The notes under the pieces are model-generated. The model searched no databases. It saw only the letters and a program-made list of their open reading frames with translations, and was not told where the DNA came from. This document shows, piece after piece, positions 10,004-18,038 of a DNA stretch of 64,000 bases. Source of the stretch: an uncultured bacterium (GTDB taxonomy: Bacteria; Fermentibacterota; Fermentibacteria; Fermentibacterales; JCC-6); the NCBI GenBank assembly GCA_965371785.1, contig CBDUZS010000003.1:8386-72385 (forward strand), in the 5' to 3' direction. Numbering within the stretch: the stretch's first letter is position 1; each line of letters opens with the position of its first letter. The position numbers and the translations under genes are program-made.

Positions 10004-10025
10004 TGAATCGTCGGATGACGCTTCT

Positions 10026-10703
10026 CTAGAAGAGGGTCTTGATAGTACCCCAGGTGTCGCGGTCGAGTGCAAGCGTACCTTCGATGATGCGGAACATGTC
10101 GGTAGCGGGGTATCCCGTTGTTGAACCGGGTACCCATCCGCTACCTATGTCTCTGTAGCTCTCCGTGCCTTCCACTTCGTCGTCTTGTATGCAGTAGAGG
10201 TTGGTGCCGTCAGTACGCTGGAAGGTAGTCCAGTAGGTTACACCGGATGTGGCCATGAAGTAATCGGTGTTGGGAAGGGCGGCTACCGTCATGTAAATCA
10301 TGTATCCAGCAAAGGTAATACCAGTGGCGTTGTGTACGAGGTCGCCACCACTGACGGTACCGTTCCAGAGTTCGGTTCCTGGACCGGGAGGTGCATCTTC
10401 CCAGAAGTAAGCGTCGACGGAAGTAGGCATTGCTCCCGTGCTGAGATCCCAGAGCGTGAGGATCTCGATGCTGTAATCATTAGAAGGTGTGAAGTCGTCT
10501 GCTACCCAGTAATCGGTGAAGATGGCAAACGCGGTGTTGAACGCATGCGCAGCATCGTAAGCGTTCGTGTCTACTATATCATCGGTGCCCGGCAGCGGAT
10601 TAGGCATGCCCTCGAACTCGCCCCTCATGGTCGAGCTGGCAAACGACATTGCGACGACGACAAGAAGAACAACAAGCAGCTTCATACTACACTTCCTTTC
10701 CAA
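10026..10703 (-). CDS. secreted protein, tandem paralog family (member 7)
   Basis: 225 aa. Signal peptide, conserved blocks, and C-terminal ALDRDTWGTIKTLF. Followed on the minus strand by a rho-independent terminator. Confidence 0.8.
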   Translation of the reverse strand: MERKCSMKLLVVLLVVVAMSFASSTMRGEFEGMPNPLPGTDDIVDTNAYDAAHAFNTAFAIFTDYWVADDFTPSNDYSIEILTLWDLSTGAMPTSVDAYFWEDAPPGPGTELWNGTVSGGDLVHNATGITFAGYMIYMTVAALPNTDYFMATSGVTYWTTFQRTDGTNLYCIQDDEVEGTESYRDIGSGWVPGSTTGYPATDMFRIIEGTLALDRDTWGTIKTLF

Positions 10704-10837
10704 ATGAGAAGCTGGATTAACACCTCGAAGGAATACTATTGACCCGGGCTCGTGTCAACACCGGCTCCCGGGCTAATATACCTTGACGGAATGGTGTATA
10801 CATGTATATCCTTCGGTCCGCAAATGAATGAAGCGGT

Positions 10838-10914
10838 GGGCGATTAGCTCAGTTGGCTAGAGTGCTTGCTTGACATGCAAGAAGTCACTGGTTCAAATCC
10901 AGTATCGCCCACCA
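10838..10914 (+). tRNA. tRNA-Val (anticodon GAC)
   Basis: Hand-folded cloverleaf. 7-bp acceptor stem GGGCGAT/ATCGCCC. D-arm GCTC...GAGT. Anticodon stem CTTGC/GCAAG around loop TTGACAT, giving anticodon GAC. T-arm ACTGG-TTCAAAT-CCAGT. Discriminator A and an encoded CCA. Confidence 0.85.
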
Positions 10915-10947
10915 TTATTCTGTTCGTGACCGAAGCCAGGAGGAGGT

Positions 10948-12891
10948 ATGCAATTGTTACGTATAGTATTTCCAGACAACAGTTCTGCCGAATTCGAGCC
11001 GGGCACGACCGGAATGGACATTGCTCTGTCGATCGCGCGAGGACTGGCAAAAAGGGCTCTTGCCTGCCGCTTCAACGGTGAATTGACAGGTCTCTCGGAG
11101 CCTCTGCAGGATGACGGGAAGATAGAAATACTCACCTTTTCCGATGATGAAGGAAAGAAAATCCTGCGCCATAGCGCTGCCCATGTAATGGCTGCTGCAG
11201 TGGAAAAGCTATTCCCGGGAACCAGGTTCGGTATCGGACCCGCCATCGACAACGGTTTCTACTACGATATGAGTATTCCCGACTTTCCGGGAAATTCCGC
11301 ACTCGACTCGATTGCCGCCGAGATGAGCAGGCAGATTGCAGACGATCTTCCATTCATCACCGGGAAAATGAACATCGATGAGGCCGCAGACCTGTTCTCA
11401 TCGAGGGGAGAGAGCTACAAGCTCGAACTCCTCGATGACCTGCGGCGTGAAGGTGTAGAGAGTGTCAGTATCTACTCTCATGGAGACTTCGTGGATCTCT
11501 GCCGTGGTCCTCATGTACCTTCAACAGGGTTTCTGAAGCATTTCAGGCTTCTCAGTGTAGCGGGGGCTTACTGGAGGGGTGACGAGAAGAACGAAATGCT
11601 GACCAGGATATATGGCACGGTCTTCGATTCATCCGCGAACCTGACCGATCACCTGGAGATGCTTGACGAGGCTCGAAAGAGGGATCACAGAAAACTCGGC
11701 CCCGAACTGGAGCTGTTCTCGATAGGTCCCGGCGGTCCGGGTCTCATCTACTGGCTGCCAAGGGGAACGGTTCTGAGAGAAGAGCTGGAGAACCACTGGA
11801 AGAAAGCTCACAGAGCAGCGGGCTACGAACTCGTCAACACTCCGCATATCGCACCGGTCGATCTCTGGGAGACCTCCTGTCATTGCTCCTACTACCGCTA
11901 GAGCATGTACTTCATGGACGTCGATAACCGCGAGTACGTCCTCAAACCGATGAACTGTCCCGGACACATCATCATCTACCAATCGAAAAAACGCTCTTAC
12001 CGGGAGCTTCCACTCAGGCTGGCCGAGCTCGGGATGGTCTACAGGTACGAAAAGAGCGGTGTTCTGCACGGTCTGATGAGAGTACGCGGATTCACCGTTG
12101 ACGACGGCCACATCTTCTGCACGGAGGATCAGATAGTAAGCGAGATCCAGGATGTCGTCAGGTTTGCTCTCTACTTTCTCAGGATATTCGATTTCGGGTA
12201 CGAGATCGAATTGTCCCTCATGGATCCTGAAAACCCCGGGCACTACGCCGGTAATCCCGATGAATGGAAACTGGTCGAACCTGCTCTTGCAAGAGCACTC
12301 GACGATATGGGAGAGCCCTACCGTACCGTCATCGGGGAAGCAGCATTCTACGGTCCAAAGATCGATATCAAGCTGAAGGACGCACTCGGAAGATTCTGGC
12401 AGGGACCGACGATACAATTCGATTTCAACATACCTTCCCGTTTCAACCTGACTTACGTCGGCAACGATGGATCCGAGCATCGGGTGTACATGGTACATCG
12501 TGCTCTTTTAGGCTCGGTGGAAAGGTTCATAGGCAATCTGATCGAACACTACGCCGGCAATTTCCCGAGTTGGCTTGCGCCCGTTCAGGTTGTTATATTA
12601 CCAGTTACCTCCTCACAGGTTGAGGGGGCAGAGGGAATTGCGGCTGAACTGACTGAAGCCGGTCTGCGAGTTGAAACTGATTCTCGCAACGAGACGGTTG
12701 GCTATAGGGTAAGGTCTGCTGAAAAAATGAAGGTTCCGTTCATGCTCGTCATCGGCGAGCGTGAAATGACATCAGGCAGTGTAGCCCTGCGGAAGCATGG
12801 AGAGGGTGACAAGGGAGTGTTTCCATTTGCGGAAGCTCTCGACTTTCTCATCAACGACTGTGAAACGCCTGCATTGCCGGAATGGGGGTAG
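10948..12891 (+). CDS. thrS: threonyl-tRNA synthetase, interrupted by a single in-frame TAG at 11899-11901 (both halves share one frame)
   Basis: N-terminal TGS domain and the second additional domain with the HxxxH motif (RHSAAHVMA). Class II core with NCPGH and DDGHIFC, and a C-terminal anticodon-binding domain. The ORF track splits it into 10948-11901 and 11905-12891, but these are in one frame separated only by a TAG at the position aligned to a conserved Asp/Glu. A GGAGG RBS precedes the ATG. The gene ends in TAG immediately before the infC TTG start. Confidence 0.8.
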
Positions 12892-13416
12892 TTGCCTATC
12901 AGAGAGACTACAAGGATCAACGGTGAGATAAGGAGCAAAGAAGTCAGGCTCATCGATGGTGACGGTAAACACGTTGGTGTCGTTGATCTTGCCAGGGCAC
13001 TCGACATGGCAGGCGATTCAGGTCTGGATCTCGTCGAGATATCCGCCGGTGCCGATCCACCTGTTGCCCGGATAATGGATTACGGCAAGTACAGATACGA
13101 GCAGAACAGGAAGGACAGGGAAGCCCGCAGAAAACAGCATACCGGCGGTCTCAAGGAGATCAAGTTCAGACCGAATACGGATGTCCATGACTACACGTAC
13201 AAAATGAAGCACACCAGGGAATTCCTTGAGTCCAGACATAAAGTCAAGGCAACTGTCGTATTCAGGGGTAGACAGCTCGTCTACAAAGACCAGGGTTTCC
13301 AGCTTCTTCAGAAGCTGGCAGAAGATGTTGATGATCTGGCGAACATCGAGCGGAAACCGGTTCTAGAGGGCAGGTTTCTCACGATGATACTGTCGCCGCG
13401 TAAGGAAAACAGCTAG
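12892..13416 (+). CDS. infC: translation initiation factor IF-3
   Basis: 174 aa with a non-ATG (TTG) start, as is typical for infC. Canonical thrS-infC-rpmI-rplT order. IF-3 N- and C-domain sequence. Confidence 0.9.
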   Translation: MPIRETTRINGEIRSKEVRLIDGDGKHVGVVDLARALDMAGDSGLDLVEISAGADPPVARIMDYGKYRYEQNRKDREARRKQHTGGLKEIKFRPNTDVHDYTYKMKHTREFLESRHKVKATVVFRGRQLVYKDQGFQLLQKLAEDVDDLANIERKPVLEGRFLTMILSPRKENS

Positions 13417-13434
13417 AAGCAGAGGGAATACAAG

Positions 13435-13626
13435 ATGCCCAAAATGAAAACACACAAGGGTGCGGCAAAGCGCCTGAAGAAGACCGGGTCAGGAAAGTTC
13501 AGACTCAGGCATTCTCACGCGGGTCACATCAAGACGAAGAAGAGCAGTAAACGAAAGCGCGGCCTGCGCAAATCCGGAATCGCATCACGAGCCGACGTGC
13601 GTAGGCTACGTCGAATGCTGCCCTGA
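13435..13626 (+). CDS. rpmI: 50S ribosomal protein L35
   Basis: 63 aa, very basic, begins [13 protein letters not shown]. Positioned between infC and rplT. Confidence 0.9.
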   Translation: MPKMKTHKGAAKRLKKTGSGKFRLRHSHAGHIKTKKSSKRKRGLRKSGIASRADVRRLRRMLP

Positions 13627-13642
13627 ACCTGGAGATTACAGC

Positions 13643-13996
13643 ATGAGCAGAACAAGAAATGCAGTTGCGCGCAGAAAGCGCCACAAGAAGGTTCTCAAAG
13701 CCGCCAGAGGTAAGGTTGGCGGCAGGAGGAAGCTCTACACCGTTGCATGCGAAGCCAACAGAAAGGCTCTCGAGTACCAGTACAGAGACCGCAGGACGAA
13801 GAAACGGGACTTCAGATCTCTCTGGATCACCAGGATAAATGCAGCTTCCAGGGAGAATGGACTGTCGTACAGCGACCTCATCAATGGCCTTGCCAGAGCA
13901 GGAATCAAGCTGAACAGGAAGGTCCTTGCCAGTCTTGCAGTGGGAGATCCCGATGCCTTCACAAGTATAGTCGAGACAGCGAAAGCTGCTTTGTAG
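13643..13996 (+). CDS. rplT: 50S ribosomal protein L20
   Basis: 117 aa, begins [23 protein letters not shown], a typical L20 N-terminus. Confidence 0.9.
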   Translation: MSRTRNAVARRKRHKKVLKAARGKVGGRRKLYTVACEANRKALEYQYRDRRTKKRDFRSLWITRINAASRENGLSYSDLINGLARAGIKLNRKVLASLAVGDPDAFTSIVETAKAAL

Positions 13997-14026
13997 CGTT
14001 ACCGGGAAGGACATCGAGTCAGGAGC

Positions 14027-14293
14027 ATGTCTGTTGCTGACAATCTGGAGAGGTTGACTGAAGCTGTCGATCGTCTGATTATCAGACTGGAGACACTTCA
14101 GGCTCAGCGCAACAAGCTGACTCGAAGGGTCCAGGAGCTTGAGTACAGAATAGACAACAGTGTTGATTCTCCGGATTCTGAGGGTTATAACCTTCTCAGG
14201 ATCCACAGCGCCAGACTTCTGCGGGAAAGGCAGGATCTGAAGCAGAGGTTAACGGGGGTTCTGGAAAAAATGGAAAGAGAATTGCGGCGGTAA
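14027..14293 (+). CDS. small coiled-coil protein (ZapB-like?), function unassigned
   Basis: 88 aa, charged heptad-rich sequence immediately upstream of zapA. The association with zapA suggests a division-ring accessory coiled-coil protein. This is inference only. Confidence 0.5.
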   Translation: MSVADNLERLTEAVDRLIIRLETLQAQRNKLTRRVQELEYRIDNSVDSPDSEGYNLLRIHSARLLRERQDLKQRLTGVLEKMERELRR

Positions 14294-14305
14294 TAGAGGT
14301 AGACA

Positions 14306-14698
14306 ATGGTTGACCGACCCGAAAGCATCAGAGTTAACATTTACGGTCGGGAGTATTCAATCCGAGGTGACGACGATCCTGGCTACATTGCCGAGATCGC
14401 TCATTTCGTTGATATGAAGATGCGGCAGATGACCGACAACATCACCATGGCTTCCACCGCAAAGGTTGCCATTCTGACCGCGCTCAACATAGCAGACGAG
14501 TTATTTCAGAAGGAACAACAGGGCAAGGAACACGAAGAAACGCATAGCGCCATTCTCGCTGGGCTTGCAGAACGAATCGAGAAGATCCTGGCTGAACCTT
14601 CGCACGAACCCACCGCAAGTGATCAAACGAACGAAAAAGTTGTCGAAGTAACGTCTTTCCAGACATCCACTGCACCCGATAACACTTTCACAGGCTAG
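14306..14698 (+). CDS. zapA: cell division protein ZapA
   Basis: 130 aa. Conserved ZapA N-terminal block ([15 protein letters not shown] ... [15 protein letters not shown]). Synteny with rny and ymdB downstream. Confidence 0.75.
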   Translation: MVDRPESIRVNIYGREYSIRGDDDPGYIAEIAHFVDMKMRQMTDNITMASTAKVAILTALNIADELFQKEQQGKEHEETHSAILAGLAERIEKILAEPSHEPTASDQTNEKVVEVTSFQTSTAPDNTFTG

Positions 14699-14811
14699 TC
14701 GAGGGAACCGGTTCATCACCGGATCCGTGCGCAGGGATTCGGGTGCCTTTAACCGATAATACCGGTTTCCATTTATATAAACGATCTGCGCCTGAATCTG
14801 GAGCAGTTGCT

Positions 14812-16365
14812 ATGGAGCCATACCTTATCCCGGGGGTTGCTGCAATCGTAGCATTCAGCCTGGGTTTTTTATTACAGAAAGCGTTGGTAACCAAGGAGAT
14901 AAAGGGCGCAACCACGCAGGCCACCAGGATAATTGCCGATGCGGAGAGAGAAGCGGATACTCTCAGGAAAGAAGTCATTCTCGAGGGCAGGGACACGCTC
15001 TCCCGGGAGAAGGCGGAAATTCTTGAGGAGCAGCAGAGCAGACGAATGGAGCTCGACAGCAAGGAAACCGGGATAACCAGAGGTATGGAGCAGCTGGATC
15101 GGCTGAAGGATACTCTCGACAACAGAGCCGGCAGCATCAGCTTACTGGAGACCGGACTGGCGGAGAAGGAACAGGCTCTCAATGCCAAGCATCAACGGGT
15201 TAACAGGCTGATGGAGGAGCAGAACAGGCTCCTCGAGAAAATAGCAGTTCTTTCGCGGGATGAAGCAAAGAACCTTCTTCTCTCCAACCTCAGGGAAGAG
15301 GCCGGGCTGGAAGCATCCAGGATGACCCGCAGGATAATCGAGAATGCGGAGAGAACAGCCGAGGAACAGGCCAACCGGATTCTGTCATCAGCCGTTCAGA
15401 GATGTTCCGCATCTTTCGTAGTAGAGAATTGCGTATCGGTTGTAAATCTGGCGAACGATGATATGAAAGGCCGTATCATCGGTAGAGAAGGCAGGAACAT
15501 CCGTGCGTTCGAGACCGCAACGGGTGTTGATGTAGTTATCGATGATACTCCGGAGGCTGTTCTGCTCTCATGCTTCGATCCCGTTCGCAGGGAGGTTGCA
15601 AGGCAATCACTCGAGAAGCTGATATCCGATGGAAGGATACACCCTGGAAGAATCGAAGCCGTTGTCAGGAAAGTCAACGATGAGATGGAACGAAACATCA
15701 AGAAGCTTGGCAACGACCTCGCCATGGAGGTGAATGTATCGGGGCTCCACCCTCAGCTGATCCGGCACCTCGGGCGTCTCAGATACAGAACGAGTTATGG
15801 ACAGAACATGTACCAGCACTCACTCGAAGTGGCGCACATCTGTGGGCTGATCTCGGCCGAACTCAGGCTTGATGCGGCAGTTGCCAGCCGAATCGGTCTT
15901 CTTCATGACATCGGCAAGGCTTCCGATCAGGAACTCGAGGGATCTCATGCGATGGTCGGTATGGAGCTTGCACGGAAATATGACGAGCCGCAGGTTGTGT
16001 TCAACGCTATCGGGGCACATCACGAAGAGATAGAGCCCGAATCCCTTTACGCAATTCTTGTTCAGGCTGCTGACGCTGTAAGTAGTGCGCGTCCCGGAGC
16101 GCGAAAGGAAACGCTTGAACTCTACATCAGAAGGCTCCACAAACTCGAATCCATTGCCGATGCATACGACGGAGTCCGCAAATCCTACGCAATCCAGGCC
16201 GGAAGAGAACTGAGAATTGCCGTCAAACCGGAGATGGTCGACGATGCAGGCGCGGAAGAACTGGCAAGAACCGTTGCCCGGAAGATAGAGAACGAGATGG
16301 AGTACCCCGGACAGATCAGGGTTACCGTGATCAGAGAGGTCAGAGCATCGGAAATGGCAAAGTAG
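14812..16365 (+). CDS. rny: ribonuclease Y
   Basis: N-terminal TM helix, coiled-coil region, KH domain ([22 protein letters not shown]) and HD domain ([10 protein letters not shown]...LLHDIGKA). Start is assigned to the ATG at 14812 with a GGAG 8 nt upstream. The ORF track's GTG at 14743 lacks an RBS. Confidence 0.85.
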   Translation: MEPYLIPGVAAIVAFSLGFLLQKALVTKEIKGATTQATRIIADAEREADTLRKEVILEGRDTLSREKAEILEEQQSRRMELDSKETGITRGMEQLDRLKDTLDNRAGSISLLETGLAEKEQALNAKHQRVNRLMEEQNRLLEKIAVLSRDEAKNLLLSNLREEAGLEASRMTRRIIENAERTAEEQANRILSSAVQRCSASFVVENCVSVVNLANDDMKGRIIGREGRNIRAFETATGVDVVIDDTPEAVLLSCFDPVRREVARQSLEKLISDGRIHPGRIEAVVRKVNDEMERNIKKLGNDLAMEVNVSGLHPQLIRHLGRLRYRTSYGQNMYQHSLEVAHICGLISAELRLDAAVASRIGLLHDIGKASDQELEGSHAMVGMELARKYDEPQVVFNAIGAHHEEIEPESLYAILVQAADAVSSARPGARKETLELYIRRLHKLESIADAYDGVRKSYAIQAGRELRIAVKPEMVDDAGAEELARTVARKIENEMEYPGQIRVTVIREVRASEMAK

Positions 16366-16372
16366 GTAAGCA

Positions 16373-17167
16373 ATGCGGATCCTGTTGCTCGGAGATGTAG
16401 TCGGAAGACCCGGCAGGAAAGCCCTTGCTTCCTTTCTCGCACGAGGGCAAGGGCAAGGGCAGGGGCAGGGCGAAAAATACGATCTGGTAGTTGCAAACGG
16501 CGAGAATGCTGCCGGAGGATTCGGCCTGACGAGAAGGACCTCCGATCAGTTGTTCAGCGCCGGTGTGGATATCATCACGTCCGGCAATCATATCTGGAAG
16601 CAGAAGGATATTTTCGAAGTCCTGGAGCAGGGAGATTCCAGGGTACTCAGACCTGCCAACGCTCCTCCGGGGAATCCTGGAACAGGTGTAGCAGGTTTTC
16701 TGGCAGGTCAGGTGAGTGTCACAGTGATCAACCTTTCCGGCAGGATTTTCATGGATGGTTTGTGGGACTGTCCCTTCAGGATGGTAGACCGGATCCTGAA
16801 CAATTGCGATTCCGACATCACGATAATCGACTTCCATGCAGAAGCCACGAGTGAGAAACAGGCACTCGGAAGGTACGTCGACGGCAGGGTGACTGTCGTC
16901 GCCGGCAGTCATACACATGTGCTCACTGCAGACGCACGGATTCTTCCGCATGGAACGGCCTACATAACAGACCTGGGAATGTGCGGTTCACATTCGGGAA
17001 TAATCGGCATGTCTTACGAACAGGCCAGGCTGAGATTTCTGACCGGAAGACCGGAGAAACTCTCGGTCTCCGATGGAGAAGAGCATGTCAATGGGCTCGA
17101 ACTGGTGCTCGATGATGAGCACTCGGTCGAATCACTGAGGATCATCAATGAACGGGTGCAGATCTGA
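16373..17167 (+). CDS. ymdB: YmdB-family 2',3'-cyclic-nucleotide phosphodiesterase (metallophosphoesterase, TIGR00282)
   Basis: Begins MRILLLGDVVGRPGR, with GNHIWK, GFGL and DFHAEATSEK motifs. Canonical position directly after rny. Contains an unusual GQGQGQGQG insertion. Confidence 0.8.
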   Translation: MRILLLGDVVGRPGRKALASFLARGQGQGQGQGEKYDLVVANGENAAGGFGLTRRTSDQLFSAGVDIITSGNHIWKQKDIFEVLEQGDSRVLRPANAPPGNPGTGVAGFLAGQVSVTVINLSGRIFMDGLWDCPFRMVDRILNNCDSDITIIDFHAEATSEKQALGRYVDGRVTVVAGSHTHVLTADARILPHGTAYITDLGMCGSHSGIIGMSYEQARLRFLTGRPEKLSVSDGEEHVNGLELVLDDEHSVESLRIINERVQI

Positions 17168-18038
17168 ACCACTGAAGGAAGCACTCAGGGAAGCCTCCGA
17201 CTGGGTTGAAGCGGGGCTTGGCCGACTGGCCATGTTCGAGGGAAGCCTGTCCCGTCTTCCGGAAATGGCTCGTTACTCTCTCTCCTCGGGAGGGAAGAGA
17301 ATCCGCCCATTTCTGGTGGCGCGTGCCTGCAGGGCAGGAGGGCGTTCTCTCGACAGAGCTCTTCCAGTGGCATGCGCTGTGGAGATGATTCACTCCTATT
17401 CTCTCGTTCACGACGATCTTCCTTCCCTGGACAACGATGATATCAGGAGGGGTAAACCAGCGCTTCACAGGGCATTTGACCCCGTCCAGGCAGTGCTTGC
17501 GGGAGATCTGCTCCTTTCGGAGGCCTTTCTGGAGGTCGTCAGAACACCCCTCGGACCGGGCCAGGTAGGCAAGATGCTGGGATGCCTTGCCGGAGCTGCC
17601 GGACCATCCTGCCTTGTGGGCGGCCAGTACATGGACATCTATCACCCGGACGATCCCTCGCTGGACTGGATAGATCAGATGATCAGCGGTAAGACTGCTG
17701 CGATGATCCGGGCTTCACTGGAACTTGGATCGATTGCCGGCGGTTTCGACGATGTGGTCATTTCGGAAGTATCTTCTGCCGGAGAAAGACTGGGATTCCT
17801 TTTCCAGCTCACTGATGACATCCTGGACAGATGTGGAACCGAGACCGAAATGGGAAAGAGGGTCGGCAAGGATGAAAGCCTGGACAAGGCCAACCTCGTG
17901 ACTCGGATGGGACTGGACGCGGCGATGGATAAAGCTGATGCCCTGTCGACTGAGATTGCGTACGAGTTCTCCGTTCTGCCCGGTGACTGGGAGATGGTCA
18001 GCGCCCTTGCCGGGTACCTTCCTCACAGGAGGAAGTGA
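17148..18038 (+). CDS. ispA: polyprenyl (farnesyl/geranylgeranyl) diphosphate synthase
   Basis: First aspartate-rich motif HDDLPSLDNDDIRRGKP and second FQLTDDILD. ispA-dxs synteny. The start is uncertain and overlaps the ymdB 3' end. Confidence 0.8.
   Translation: MNGCRSEPLKEALREASDWVEAGLGRLAMFEGSLSRLPEMARYSLSSGGKRIRPFLVARACRAGGRSLDRALPVACAVEMIHSYSLVHDDLPSLDNDDIRRGKPALHRAFDPVQAVLAGDLLLSEAFLEVVRTPLGPGQVGKMLGCLAGAAGPSCLVGGQYMDIYHPDDPSLDWIDQMISGKTAAMIRASLELGSIAGGFDDVVISEVSSAGERLGFLFQLTDDILDRCGTETEMGKRVGKDESLDKANLVTRMGLDAAMDKADALSTEIAYEFSVLPGDWEMVSALAGYLPHRRK

Noticed and set aside
6221-10742. Plus-strand ORFs 6221-6613, 7188-7676, 7709-8113, 8406-8978, 9362-10006 and 10185-10742.
   Set aside because: All are antisense shadows of the minus-strand paralog genes. 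They have no signal peptides, no RBS and low-complexity Arg/Gly-rich translations.
5498-10947. The paralog array as a tRNA-integrated mobile element.
   Set aside because: No integrase, transposase or att-like repeat of the tRNA-Val 3' end was found at the far boundary. Only a positional association with the tRNA is noted.
11629-12498. 289-aa minus-strand ORF opposite thrS.
   Set aside because: Antisense to a strongly conserved aaRS gene, with no recognisable domain.
10838-12891. Alternative genetic code with TAG as a sense codon, to explain the thrS internal stop.
   Set aside because: TAG clearly terminates rplT, thrS itself and five paralog genes, all with correct C-termini. TGA and TAA also terminate genes with expected ends.
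13529-14206. 225-aa minus-strand ORF across rpmI and rplT.
   Set aside because: Antisense to ribosomal protein genes with perfect conserved sequence. Judged spurious.
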